This document shows, piece after piece, positions 1 through 12,796 of a stretch of DNA of 64,000 bases. Below the pieces are notes generated by a model that was given only the letters and a program-made list of their open reading frames with translations, was not told the origin of the DNA and searched no databases. Within the stretch, counting starts at the first letter, position 1. Every line of letters begins with the position of its first letter. The DNA comes from Psilocybe cubensis (taxonomy: Eukaryota). The stretch spans positions 1,488,001-1,552,000 of the forward strand of contig CM039008.1 of NCBI GenBank assembly GCA_017499595.2, read 5' to 3'. Made by a program: the position numbers and the translations under genes.

Positions 1-438
1 TCTCTCCGCTATATGCTTGTGCTTATTGATAACACCCTCGCACTTCGCAATGTGCAATGCGCATTCAACGGCCCATATCTTATATCTCGGTGACCCTCGC
101 GCCTTCTTCACTAGCGTTATTTCCGTATGTCAGTGATCATGATCATGATCAGGGTAAGTGATTTCGCGTCAGCTTTTTTCCACTTCCCACTCGTTGATAT
201 TGATATTACAAGTTGATATAGGACAATTGATATAGAATAATGGGTAATGCATAATTGAAAAGCATCCATCCTGCCCGTGCTTTCCTTTTCAGCTCTAGCC
301 TCGCCATATCTGTTCTTGTCTTTTTAACTTACGAGAAAACATCTCGTAAATGCGGCGGCTTCAGGTGTACATGTGTGATTGGTACTTCCGCCGGGCGGCG
401 AGACGATCCGCGAGCCACTTGCGCGACCCTTGTTCAGG

Positions 439-476
439 CTCAGGACTCAGGAGTGGCGGGGCTCCTGAGTCCTGAG
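439..476. repeat. Perfect 15-bp inverted repeat (hairpin) with 8-nt loop
   Basis: CTCAGGACTCAGGAG (439-453) and CTCCTGAGTCCTGAG (462-476) are exact reverse complements. Confidence 0.8.
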
Positions 477-1079
477 GATGGGGATGGGGTACACCCCTTT
501 TCAGTGTTCACTGGTGGGTCACGACTGTCTAGGTTCTACTTAGAGGCAACTCGGACTTTTGAATCGTATGATTCGTATCGCGCAGAGCCTGGCAAAACTA
601 CGGTATGCATTGCATGTATGGCGACATACGAGCAATCACGATTCACCAGCACAAAAAATCTCCCTCGTCTCTTTGGCCGAGGCCATATCTATCGCCCCGA
701 GGTCAATGTTCAGTTCCAATTCCAACACCAATTCCAATTGCAACATCAAAAAACCAAAAACGAAATCTAAACTGTCCATCGATTTTCCCTTGTCAAAAAA
801 CGTGTCCTGTCCCCTTTCCCTGTTTTCACTTATTCCCTGTTTTTTTCCATGGGCTGTCGTGGTCATGTCGTAACCCCTCGTATATCTTCTTCGCTCGCCG
901 TCGCAAAAAACAAATTAAAACTACATAAAGGCAACGTCACTGGACCCTTAGCTGTCTGTCTGTCTCCTAATATAATCCTTCCTATCGGACGTGACCCTAA
1001 CGGAGAACAGAAACTACGGGTTCTGAGTTTATGACTTCTGACCCTGGCAACTGGGCTCGTATGTGTTTTTTTCTCACAG

Positions 1080-1410
1080 CCTACAGGACCAGGACCAGGA
1101 CCCAACCTGCCGACCGGCCTGGTCTGGTTGGGTACCCCAATTGGCTTATTGGGCGATCTGAGGTTATCTCTGACACTGGACTTGTGCAACGCGTAATGGT
1201 GCGGATGTGTAATGTGCGAATGTGCAATGTGCAATGTGCCATCATAACCGAAACCTTTAAACCTTGTATGATTGTCCTGTCAACTCGGTGCAAAAAACCC
1301 CATTCAATTGAAAGGAAAACGGAATACGGAAAACGGCACACCCGCACCTTTCAAAGTTTGACTTTTCGATGATGATGATGATGTATATGTACATGTACAT
1401 GTACATGTGC
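1080..1410. repeat. Cluster of short simple repeats in a long intergenic region
   Basis: (AGGACC)n near 1085-1102, (AATGTGC)-like repeats near 1211-1239, and (GAT)n/(GTACAT)n near 1368-1406. Confidence 0.7.
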
Positions 1411-2643
1411 CGCACATGGGACAGGGTCTGCGGCTCGTTTGTAAATTGTATTGGTGCTGCTTGCTTGCTGATCTGTACATGTCTGGTGCTACTTGTTCGA
1501 CAAATCACTGATAGTGATTCTGTGTACATGGCAATGCAAGGCACGCCGATATTTCCGCCGGTGCCAAAGCTCGCTCCCTACTTAGTACCTACGTACTCCG
1601 CCTCCAGGCTCCCAGTTCACAGCGTCAGATCAGTATAGCACCTCACCAGACTCCATCCAATGAATGTATCCACATTTCAATTCATTCAATATCCAATATA
1701 TAGTAATAAAAAAAACCAATCTCCACTTAAACCGTCATGACATTGACAATTGCAATTTGTTCACAAAAAACAGAAGGTTATACTTGCAGCAGTGACATCA
1801 TCTGCGCCCGTCCAGGTTTGTATCAGGGATCGAGGGAAGTAGGTTAAATGAAGGGGTGCTAGATAACCTCTTCGGTATCTTCCATCCACATTGCATCGTA
1901 GGAGCCTGAGTCGGAGCAGGCTCCAAATCGCCAACCCTTTCCTTTCCTTTCCTTTCTCTTTCTGTTTCTCAGCTTTCTCTTTCTTTCTTGAGATAGGTCA
2001 GCCAGACTAGCGTCAGGCGTGTGGATTGCTTATGACTCGGACTCGGACTGACGTACGCCTACGTACGTTTGCTACTTATCTCTCTATCTAGCTTTACATT
2101 GTCTCCGTGTAAAATGCGGGTTTCCCTCGATCAAGAATTTGCCAAGCCCCACCCACCCCTCCCCCTCGGACGGAGGACGCACACCTACCAACACATCATC
2201 ATGCGAAAGGAAGACACTTGCTTCAGGTCAGATCGAAACACGCACACGCACCTGGAAAGGGCTCGCTGCACTATCACCGTAAAATGACTGAATGGCATGG
2301 CGCTGCCACACTCGCATCGCAGCTTGTCAAATGGGTACTATAGTATGCCATACTATTACCAACTGATTGATCACACTCATACAAAAAAAATCGTTATCTC
2401 TCGCTCGAGAACCACGACATAAATAGCTTTTTGACGTTTTGTTGTTGTAGAGGTACACCGGCCCAGTCAGATACTATGTAATCGCAGATTGACGCGAACC
2501 GCAAATGAAAAGCCACCGCGCGCGCGACAGGCTCGCATTAGCCCGGCCGGGGGTGGGCAAATTGGATCGATCTCTCTTCTGCATACGTCTTCAATCTTAT
2601 CTTCTTATTTTTTGATTTTTTTTCTCATGTATGTGTTTAACGT

Positions 2644-2802
2644 GTTAGGGTTACTAGGAAAGGGTGTAACCTTCCGAGCCGTGTGTTCTTCCGTGCGTCT
2701 CTGTAGGCCCTTTTCCCAGCGTGCTTTTTGGCAGCACCGGCGTGGCGTTGCTATCTAGGTTCAACTAGAGCGAGTGATACTATGGAAGGACGAACGGTCT
2801 GG
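2644..2802 (+). ncRNA. Candidate structured RNA of unknown class
   Basis: 2679-2695 pairs with 2781-2797 at 16/17 positions (4 G-U), enclosing two small hairpins. A further GGTTAC/GTAACC hairpin lies upstream. No known family motif was recognised. Confidence 0.25.
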
Positions 2803-4581
2803 CAGCGGTCTGGAATAATAGGAAAAAGGAGTGCCCTGCCCCCCTTGGTCCACTCAGTCATTGGCGTTTTTATTTATTTTGCACCCTCGTTCAATTGTTG
2901 TAGTTCATAATGGAACGCCTCGAACGCGAGCTCTATAGCATCGAACTCTCGAATTTTCTGAATCGACTAGCTTCGTGACGTGAAAATACTTCGAGGCCCT
3001 GGTCTTGCCTTGGATTTGGAAAGCGCACAGACGCTTCTGCGCCGTTAAGGTGCACCTTTCGGTGAATAAGGATGCAATTGACGCGTTCACAAACTGCGTT
3101 CGCGACTGCTGGAAATTATTTACCATATATCATCACCTTCTCGTTCGAAATGGCGCTTGGGCACGGACGCACGCGCACGTCGCGCCAACGCGATAATTGC
3201 AGATCAGCCTTCACACCAACTCTGGTAACGGTGGGGGAGATCCGCCAAGTAAATGTAGGTATTTACGGAACAGGTCTCTCAATGTCCGCACACCAGGCTG
3301 CGCATTGTAGTGTGTAGTCGCCAGCTCCTGATCGTTTTACAAAGCATTACTTGTGAGATGATACTACCTACCTCAGTTATCTACGCGAAATGCTGTGTAT
3401 AAACTCCGATAGCCGCAGCATACATTGTGAGGGGATTAACCTTGTGGCCAAAAACCACGAAGAAGGGAGAGGCACAAGGGGCAGCAATACAGATATTTCC
3501 TGTACATATCATTTCCTAGAAAGATGATGAGCTGCACCACTTCGCTGGAATCACCCTCCTTCCTTTCCACGGCATTAATGCGTTTTCGCTTGAAGTTTGT
3601 ACGTCAGAAGAATGAATATCTACAGCACCACCGACTGTATGATGCTCACAAAGGGCTGCGCATCTTCCGAGCAGGGATCAGCTGTACGATGGAATATTCC
3701 GGGTCCTGAGAGGCTTCTATCTCGAATAACCATGGTCGACGGATTGCTTTTCTAGGCTCTGGATCACTTTTTAATAACAATGCATGCCCAAGCGGACCGA
3801 GATACCTTGATCAAGAGATAATTCCTCCCTTGATAGCATGCAACACGATATGCATGATGCTCATGTTCTTAACCGAAGCTTCCCATGATGATTAGATTGT
3901 TCTGTCAAGGAAAGAGAGAAAGTACCCTATGGGCACATCCTCAACATAGCACATACAGATGCCTATACATCAAGTCACCGGCCGCTGTCAAAGAAAAGAA
4001 GGAATTCGGTATGTTTCGTTGGAAAAGAAGCATACATTTGCAGATGTTACATCGGAAATCAGGAACCTCCACGATAAAGGAGCATTTGTTTTTCTTTGAA
4101 AGACTAGTGTTTGCGAGCAAGGTGTCCAACATTATCGGAGTTGGATATTCTGAGCCACGAGAAATGCAAATTCAAGCGGGTTGGATAGGAAGAGTGTCTA
4201 GAACACAAATATAAACCGAAGTAATGCACAAAAAATGAGTGTTATCGATTAAATCATTAATACCTAGCTTCTTTGCGGTGTTGCACGGCTATATCTCTAT
4301 TGAACTTTCAGTGAAAAACATTTCCAACAATGACATAGCGTAAGTTATTCACCAAAAAAGAATTGGGTTCAAAATCTTGTCGTTCTTAGGACACGCGCCA
4401 CGATGCGAATACCGAATGAGAGGAGCGCCTTTGCCGAGGGAAGCTTTCGCGATTATTCCGCAGATGAACTGTCAGAAGATATGCATCGATTCATATGCTT
4501 TGTTGTCCAGGATGATATGCGATTAGAGACTGATAAAATACAAAAGATCCGGAGAGTGAGATATAGGGGCGGAAGTAGCGC

Positions 4582-5208
4582 TTATCCCCAAGCTGGCGTC
4601 GTGCTATTGCTCGAGTTAGACATTATACGTGAGAATGAATTTGAATTTGCCTCTTACCTGTAATTCACGATGAGATATCCCTCGGTGGAGAAAGACTAGG
4701 AATATTAACCCGTGATATAGGCAGAATTGACATGAGGTATCGCACCTTAAAAAGGTTAAGCACGGTATCATCGGGAGCAGGCGAAAAGGTGGAATTGATA
4801 TACAAGAACTAAGCCGCTCATAAGCAAAAAGAGCCGAAGTGAAAAGGTAACCGACACACCAAAGGTTCACCTTTCTGCCAACCCAACTCCTTCCTCAAAA
4901 ACTGTATAACAGCCTGAAATCGGTTGGTTGCAATGATCTTGTAGACATTTTGCTTCATTATAGGTGCATTTCCAACGCCTCTAAATCTGACAACAACTGA
5001 GAGGAATATTTAGTTGTGCCTACTGTGAGTCGTCGCTCTAATTGAGTGAAATCCACTTACCCTTGGGCGAATCTTTCTTTTTGTAGGTCTCGAGAGCTTT
5101 CACCACCTCCTCCTTCAACTCAGGCCTATCGTTGTTTACCGCCATTGAAGGAAGATTCCGAGAACTTTGTCTGGGAGTAAGTTCAGGACCTGTGGCCACT
5201 TGGGCCAT
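4582..5208 (-). CDS. ATG12: Autophagy ubiquitin-like protein Atg12 (5 exons)
   Basis: Manual splicing gives MAQVATG...KDSPK|VVVRFRGVGNAPIMKQNVYKIIATNRFQAVIQFLRKELGWQKGEPL|FLYINSTFSPAPDDTVLNLFK|SFSTEGYLIVNYS|TTPAWG*, with canonical GT-AG introns and the terminal Gly. Absent from the ORF track. Confidence 0.95.
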
Positions 5209-5607
5209 TCTAGAGATGGAAGTGCCTCCTCAAGGCGTAGCTAGTGCACTTGGATCATAAGCATGTTTAAATGGATAAATAAATAATTACATAATTTTCA
5301 TATACTTATCATCCTGTTAACCTTTGAATTACAAAAACAGTAATATGGCTTGGTTTACTCTCCGATTCAATTTAATTGTTGATTTCGCTCTTGACTGGTT
5401 CTTGACATGAACCTTCGACCTGACTTCCCAACACTTACTGACAAATATCAAATCTCTCTTCTGAATTTTCAGGAAACCAAAGGAAACCGTATCTAATCTA
5501 TACCACTCTTACTTGTAAATTATTCAAGTATGTCTGTTGGATGTTTATCGCCATTCACGGTATTTCGCAGTTGTTCAAGTCGCTACCTATTCAAGTTTTC
5601 AAGAAAA

Positions 5608-6765
5608 ATGGGAGCCGAGTCCGACCTGGTTCCAAAAACTTCCAATGATACCCAGGATTGTGATAAGGCAAAATCAACGATATACCAGAGGACAAAAACG
5701 TGGAGTGGTTTCTCTGCTCTGCGGTATTTGTTCATATTGTTTGTCATTTCCTTGCTGTCGCCTCGCCAATTGTTATCTTATCATCTGAATACGTTAATGT
5801 ACATTCAGCGGTGACTCCTACAGTGACGTTGGATATTCAACATTTCGTACTCGTGTTCCGTCTCCAAGTGCAGCTCAACCTCTTGGTATAGAATTTCCTG
5901 GCATAACTTACAATGAAGAGGGCCTTCCGAACTGGGTTGGCCATTTGATATCAAAATATCGACCAGCTCCTCGCTTCGACGCTTCTGTGGATACAGCCAA
6001 TCAGGACCCAGAGTATATACGCTCTCCTCTGCTTGTCTATGATTATGCAATAGGAGGACAGACAGTAGAGGGAGTTCGCTCTCAGGTCGAGAATATCTTT
6101 CTTCAATCAGATTTAATGTCAACGGTTTCGGAGGACGCTTGGAATGCGTCGAACTCAATTTTCAGTTAGTTTTTCTCTCTTCTGTCATCGGATGAATCTT
6201 ATCTCCGCGTGGTATAGTAACATGGATTGGAATAAATGATTGCGGGTAAGCTATTTTAGAATTATTATGCCTCGATGTTTTACGCCAAAACGTTTAGTTC
6301 TTTCGTGCGTTCCAATACGCAGACTGCAATTGGGAACCTTTTTGCAACTCAACAGAAATTGTACGACGTTGGTGCTCGTAATTTCTTATTTATAGATGTG
6401 CCACCCATACATCGAAGTCCTGCGAGTAGGCCATTCTTACCGTTGCATCATGACGCATACAAATGATTTTTGTATAAGTTCCCAAACAGGAGGAAAACGA
6501 ATCAGCGTCCTACTATCAAGTTTGGAACACGACGTTGAGAACGGCGATCGACGAATTTTCTAGAAATCATGATGACGCCTCAGTTTTTCTTTTTTCATCG
6601 TATGAAATATTTGAAAATGTTCTCGACAAGCCTAAGGACTTTGGCATCAAACCTAAGGAGGTACGCAAGGCGGGTGGTCAGGTTTGGGTAGATTATCTCC
6701 ATCCCACGAGCAAGGTGCACGACATACTTGCATCGTCTTTGGCCAACTTCTTGGGACAAATTTAA
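5608..6765 (+). CDS. SGNH/GDSL hydrolase, carbohydrate esterase family 16-like
   Basis: Spliced GDSYSDVG (block I), YDYAIGG (II), TWIGINDC (III), LYDVGARNFLFIDVPP and WVDYLHPTSKVH (V). Confidence 0.85.
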
Positions 6766-7030
6766 TGATGAAACAGCTGTACCCAGATTTCCACGAATTC
6801 CATTCATAGTTTCTAATAAACACTCTGCCACAGTATGATAGGAAATAACACTGGCTTCACCACACTCTTGTTGTAAATACTTTCCTCTGAACCATCTCAC
6901 CTCGCCAAAACATTCGAACGAAATGATTGCTACTATGGATACACGAATTTTCGATATCTGTGACTTTTATTATGTAGGTTTATGTCGACCTTGACTTTGT
7001 GCCAGTACTGACAGGAGTCCAAAGAGTTAA

Positions 7031-8484
7031 TCAGGGAGCACTCGTGCTGTGGCTTATGACACTCTCCGGGCCAGGCTCCCGCAAGAATGATAATAGAACC
7101 CTCTCACGTTTTTCTTGGGTATCGTCCGTGTTGACCATCTGTAAAGCCGTCGAATGTCGAGGGCTTTGCTGGCGCTCTCCTTCGTCATTTCCCCGCGTGC
7201 TTGATGCTTCATTGAGCCATGTCGGCATGGAGGCCATGACCGTCTCGCCAAAGAGCGTTCGCGAGCGCGAGAATTGCACTCGTACGGCGATCAATACAAA
7301 CACGATTCCTACTCGTTAATTTTAGTATGTGTACAATGTCAAAGACTGTTGGCATAAATCTCTCACCCATACTGGGGATCACAGCGCTTTGAACGATCAG
7401 CTGGGCGTTGTGATGAAGTGGGAAAAGGATGATGAGAATGAGCAACTGGAAGGTGTAGATCATCGCGCTCTCGATGATTATGCGGACAACCCCCAGCAAA
7501 TCAAGGGGCGAGTTGCTGGCGACTCCCATTATTGTTGAAGCTCGGTGTTGCCTCCAGATTTTGAACGCAATCATCCCAGTTGTTATGGTGTTTTGAGCAA
7601 ACGCGAAGGGGTAGATGGTGGCCATCCATCTTAGAATGACCGTTTCAGACTGGGAGCCTTGATGTGTAAACCAGAACAACAGAGCTGCGTTGCTGCCTCT
7701 CTTTGTTATGAGATGGTTATCAATATTCGCGATATAAAGAGTCACCTACTTATGCTCATAATTAACAGGCAGAGGGGAAGAATAGTGACCCATATTTTCC
7801 TATCCCAAATGAGGTAACATCTGTATATCTAAGAGTAAAACGGATCAGAAATGACATGCAAATTGGAACGTCGATAGTAGCATACCACCAACGCGTCTCC
7901 TAGCCACGTCATAATGCATAGCATAGAATTATGTGCAACGTTATCCCATCTACTGAAGTCAAAAGAATAGGCGAAGGGGCCGTTGGGGTCAAGAACCAAA
8001 ACAAAGCCACGGATAAAGCGATATAAGTTGACCACTGCTCAGCAGATCTGAATAGGCTGGATCATATTACACAAAAGGAACTAACCCATATGCGCCGTGG
8101 CCAAAAGAAACATGGTAATGGTGCCAACCAGGAATACCTTGCATACGAGAAGGGGAGAATACCCCAGTTTATCAAAAAGGCTGCCAATTATGCACATGAA
8201 TCATTCTGACCTTCGCAGAGCCAGCATTTCCGGACTTTCTATTTAACATAATATAGAGGGCCTCGAAAAAAAGACACGCATAGACGCCTGAAAACAGATA
8301 AACGGGAACTTTCCAGAGGTTTCATTCGCCATCAAAGTTTGGAGACATACCGTACAATAGGGACTGAACATAGCGTCAAATAGACACTTGTCAGAGACTC
8401 AGAGAACAAGTTGAATGAAGTTGTGGAAATGCGTACCTCGACCCATATTCCAACGGCAAGGGCCGTATCAGCTCTCAAACCCAT
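7031..8484 (-). CDS. Uncharacterised multi-pass (7TM-like) membrane protein, paralog A
   Basis: Multi-exon. Hydrophobic helices with WLGDALVIYRCY, QNTITTGMIAFKIW, RIIIESAMIY and IVFVLIAVRV. Confidence 0.8.
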
Positions 8485-8997
8485 CTCCCATTGATCTGTG
8501 GAATGGACAGTGGTGTTGAAGGAGAGGGTGGTATACACTAAATGACACGTTTCTTAAGGCAAACGCATCTCATATTTCCGAGAATTTATGTCCTGATTGG
8601 CACACGCATTTCCGTGCTATTAAAGCTTCAATTTGTTGTATTATTAGGAGACGAATGAGAAACGAATACAAAAAACACCGAGATGTGACGCCTTCCCAAG
8701 GCGTTTGCTTCGCACCTTCCCCTTTACATAAATGTTATGATCACTGCAATTTGGATGGGAAATGCTGTCTGGATAGAGTCCAATTGCGCTAAAGAAGCGT
8801 CTGAGAGGAGTGGGTGACTCGGAATGATGCGAAAAGGGCCACTTGGAGGGAAATGGAGGGAATATTTGTCCAAACGCTTCGTTTCCGATGTGAATCCGTT
8901 ATAACGAAGTCCTGTGCCGCCCCGCTGCCAGATTTTGTCAAGTGTTATCCGGTCCCATGTCGTGCTGGGAATACCCGGCATAAAACCGTAGTATACA

Positions 8998-10435
8998 CTA
9001 CCCCATGTGTAGAAGTTTGTCTCCTGTATGACTTTTTTGGGTATACGATGACGAGTCCAGCGGCTCCGAAGGGTGATACCGGTCCTGATCGTTTGTAGAA
9101 ACCCTGAAAGTCACACCCGCGACAGGGGAAGAGGATCGGTCCCCATTCATTTCGCTATCACTGGTGTCTTCATCTAGCCAGGCAGGTAAAGTACCGAGAC
9201 CGGTACCGAAAACGCTCTGTGATTTGGCGACGTGAACGCGAACAGCTATAAGCACGAAAACAATTCCTGAAATAAATTATATCAAGGATTAATCTCATGA
9301 GATTCCCACTGAATATACGTACCAACGCTGGGGACAATTGCAGACTGGACGATGAATTGAGCATTGCTTTTCTTGAAGTACAATATAATGACCACTAGGA
9401 GCTGGAGAGTGTACACCATTGCGCTCTCAATAATAATGATTAAAATTCGTATCAAGCTGAGCCGAGATCCACGATCCACGACTCCCGACCGACTTGAGGC
9501 CTTGTGTTGGAGCCAGATCTTGAAGGCTATCAAGCCCGTCGTTAGCACGTTCTGAGTAAGTGCCAACGGAAATATGGCGTTGAGAAGGGATATCATGGTG
9601 GGCACTTTTAGATGGGTATCGTACGGATGTGTGAACCAATATAGAGTGCTAGAATTGATGCCTAAGATAAACATTAGTAAGTTACTTCACCACCCATAAT
9701 TCACCACTCACCGATAGTGCCAAAGAAGAGCACTAGTGGCAAGGCGACTATCCAAAAATTACAGTCCCAGACGTAATAGCATCGATATATCTGATGGAAT
9801 TGATCAGTAAAATTATGGATGCTCTGACGGCTGAACTAACCACTAAAGCATCTCCAAGCCATGACATAACGCACATTATCGCATTGGCGGTAATGTTTTC
9901 CCATCGTGTGCTGTCAAAAAAGTAATGGAGAGCACCTGCTGGATCGACTCCCAAGATATTTGCTCGAAGGAATCGATACACATTAATCACTGCGTGGTAT
10001 GATCAACATTAAGGATATATGTGCAGGGGCTCTGCACCCACCGAGGTGCAGTGTAGCGACCATGAACATTAAGATCACGCAGATGAGGAATATCTATCAA
10101 AATGCTTTAACCTCTTGCAAACGTGAACAGCGTGATCGACGTACCCAAGCGCTATGAGCGGACTCCATTCGTGCGGTGGCCCTCTTCTTGAGAATCACAG
10201 TAATCGCAGATACAAAAAGTGTAACGTAGACCCCTGACAAGCGGTTAAAATTCCACTGTGGATGGTAAAAAAGACATTGCTCTTACCATATAAGAATACC
10301 TGGAACGGAAGAAGGGCAAAGTGGTAAGGTTTAAACACAACATGGCTTGAAAAGCCTTCGTACCTCAATCCACACAGCGAATGTGTTTGCGACGTCAAAG
10401 GTAATACCGCCAGAGTCTGCGGGTCCTAGTGCCAT
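8998..10435 (-). CDS. Uncharacterised multi-pass (7TM-like) membrane protein, paralog B
   Basis: Same motifs and intron layout as paralog A (WLGDALV, QNVLTTGLIAFKIW, IIIESAMVY, VLIAVRVH). ATG at 10435 (MALGPADSGG). Confidence 0.8.
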
Positions 10436-11304
10436 GTCGAGAGGCTTCGTGGCTTCTGCGACGTGCGTCTGAATGGAAATTTAAAGTGAGTCGATTATTT
10501 GTGGCGATTAAGAAGTATTGTTCTTTTATAAGATTGGAATTTGAACATCATGCCTCTGGGAATAGTCCTGAAGTGAGTGGGAAAGGGTATGCCATGTTCA
10601 AAGTTTCAATTGAAAGTGTCCTTGCGGGTGACAGACACTTTCGTAATTAAGCGATGTATGTACCGGAACTAGCCGATTGTTGGGCAACCCCTCACCATCA
10701 CCACCGCTTGGCAGATGTGTGCTTGCACGCAACAGGTATATACATGCAGTAAGGTTCCTTCCAGAAAGAAGAAATTTAACTAACCATGAATTCAATAGGT
10801 GCAGTTAATGATACTCGGAGCAACTGTTCTTGAAAGACTGAGGCCTGGACCTAACACAGTCACAGAAATAATTTTTCTGCAGGCAACTGTCGGAACGGCA
10901 GTTGCTTTAGGAATGAATGAACGAATATGTAAGTTACGTTTGCGACTAACTGTGGACCCTGATCAGCTCTGTTTATGTTAGCCAGTGCCTTTGCTCCAAT
11001 TCAAAGTTTTTTCTGATTGGATCAGTTTTATCCAATCCAGGACCCAATCATTGCCAGAACCTACGTGCGTACGGCCAAAGGCTCGGTCAGCTCATTGAAT
11101 ATTGTGATAGGACAGGGACAGAATGCGCTCACCTAGGTCGGACTTGGTATGTGTCATCTCTTTGTCACGCTCAGAGGCTACGGTAATAAATGGTTTACAG
11201 TAATCTTTATGTTGGTTAAACCATTTCGTGGAATCGAAGTTTCAGTAATATTGTTCAGTTTTTGAGCCTTCTTTAACTCGTGTATGATAACTACAATTTA
11301 CTGA

Positions 11305-12351
11305 TCATGATACCTCTACAACTATCTTCACAGCGCTTACGCCCTTCTTCCACTCATCTAGAGCCGAGTTTAGCGCTTTCAAGCCCCCCTCGACAATATG
11401 CATTCTCGGGCTTGGTGAATACTCTCCTTTTTCCAGCTTCTCTTTCAGCCAAATTCTGTAGACAAAGTGAATCAGCTCTTGTATCTTTGTTGCGTCTCCT
11501 TCTGCCTCTACAAACTTAACCACCACCCCCTCTGCCTTAGGCGAATCCTCGGTCAAGGGTACCGCAGAGGCCAACCTAGCCGGACCCTCTGCTTTGGTTT
11601 TTTGTAAAATTTGCTGACATTCCTTCAACTGACCGACTGCATCGTACCCAACTTGAATGACCACCCCGTCCTCCTTCACCGCCCTAACAATGTTGTCGAC
11701 AACGTTCGGATCTTTATAGTCGAACAGTCTATCGGCCCCCAGGGTACTCAAATAACTGTGGTGCTTTACGCTGGCAGTAACATAAACCTTGAAGCCGAAA
11801 GACTTGGCGATTTGGATTGCATTGCTCCCCACACTGCTCGAACCTCCCCATATCAAAACCCCTTTCTTGTCCGCAGGCGTATACTTGGTGCCAAATGCAA
11901 TACCGGCTTGGTAGAAACCTGCCCATGCCGTCAACACTCCCAGTGGCAATAATGTCGCTTCATTGAACTTTAGCGTATCGGGAATGGGAGTAACAAAGCT
12001 TGCAGGGACGATAACGCGCTCCTGGAACGCGCCGTAATCTGGGGCACATCCAAATAAATATGAGGGTGCGAAAGCTGCGACGCGGGCGCCGACCTGGGGT
12101 GCGTCGGCTGGTACGTTTGACCCTACCGCTTCGACATATCCTGCGATGTCTGACCCAATGATGGCAGGGTATGCGGCGATTGTAACTCCGTGGTGGCGCT
12201 GCTCCCAGTCAACTGGATTGATTGCAATGGCTTTGACGTTGATCAGAAGATCGTTGGGTCCTGGGGCGGGAGTGGGACGGTATGTTATCTCGAGAGGTCC
12301 TCCTTGTTTAGGTAGAATGGCTGCAAGGTGTTGGTTGGGGTAAGAAGACAT
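11305..12351 (-). CDS. MDR-family zinc-type alcohol dehydrogenase / trans-enoyl reductase-like protein, intronless
   Basis: 348-aa single-exon ORF with AINPVDW, IIGSDIAG, GAFQE, Rossmann LIWGGSSSVG and LGADRLFDY. Confidence 0.9.
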   Translation of the reverse strand: MSSYPNQHLAAILPKQGGPLEITYRPTPAPGPNDLLINVKAIAINPVDWEQRHHGVTIAAYPAIIGSDIAGYVEAVGSNVPADAPQVGARVAAFAPSYLFGCAPDYGAFQERVIVPASFVTPIPDTLKFNEATLLPLGVLTAWAGFYQAGIAFGTKYTPADKKGVLIWGGSSSVGSNAIQIAKSFGFKVYVTASVKHHSYLSTLGADRLFDYKDPNVVDNIVRAVKEDGVVIQVGYDAVGQLKECQQILQKTKAEGPARLASAVPLTEDSPKAEGVVVKFVEAEGDATKIQELIHFVYRIWLKEKLEKGEYSPSPRMHIVEGGLKALNSALDEWKKGVSAVKIVVEVS

Positions 12352-12796
12352 AATGTACGCTCTGAATGTAATGCAATGAAGTCCACTTGAAAAAAGCAGA
12401 CTCTTATATACTGTTCACCTTTGCAGATCAAAACCCGGTAGCCCTCAAACCTCGAACGGCGAAGTAGACCACTCAACTGTCGCTTATTCATATTTCTTCG
12501 CCGTGAACATTCGTAGTCCTGTCTTCATGCTAGCAACCGCCGCTAAAAGAGCTCGGTTTTTTATCTTTAGTCAGCGTTTATTCATTGTTGAAATATGTTG
12601 TTCTTCGGAAAGTCGGATACGAGTTAGGCATTAGGGACGTTGCTTTAAATAGCACTTAATAGGCGCCTGTATTTGGCGGCTATCAGGGTGTTGGACGGAG
12701 AGATAGAGTGGGAATTAAGGGGAAATTTGTAAATAACGTAAGAGGATATTTGAAGTCTGAACAATACTGTATAACTTTTGCTCGAAAATTGAATAA

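Noticed and set aside
255-2300. Overlapping short ORFs in the ORF track
   Set aside because: They derive from simple repeats and low-complexity intergenic DNA, with no protein motifs.
2644-2653. Minus-strand TAACCCTAAC resembling a telomerase RNA template
   Set aside because: A single 10-mer can arise by chance, it is partly sequestered in a hairpin, and no pseudoknot or CR4/5-like element was recognised.
2900-4260. Possible spliced minus-strand gene
   Set aside because: Several intron-like segments are present, but no consistent long frame or recognisable domain could be built.
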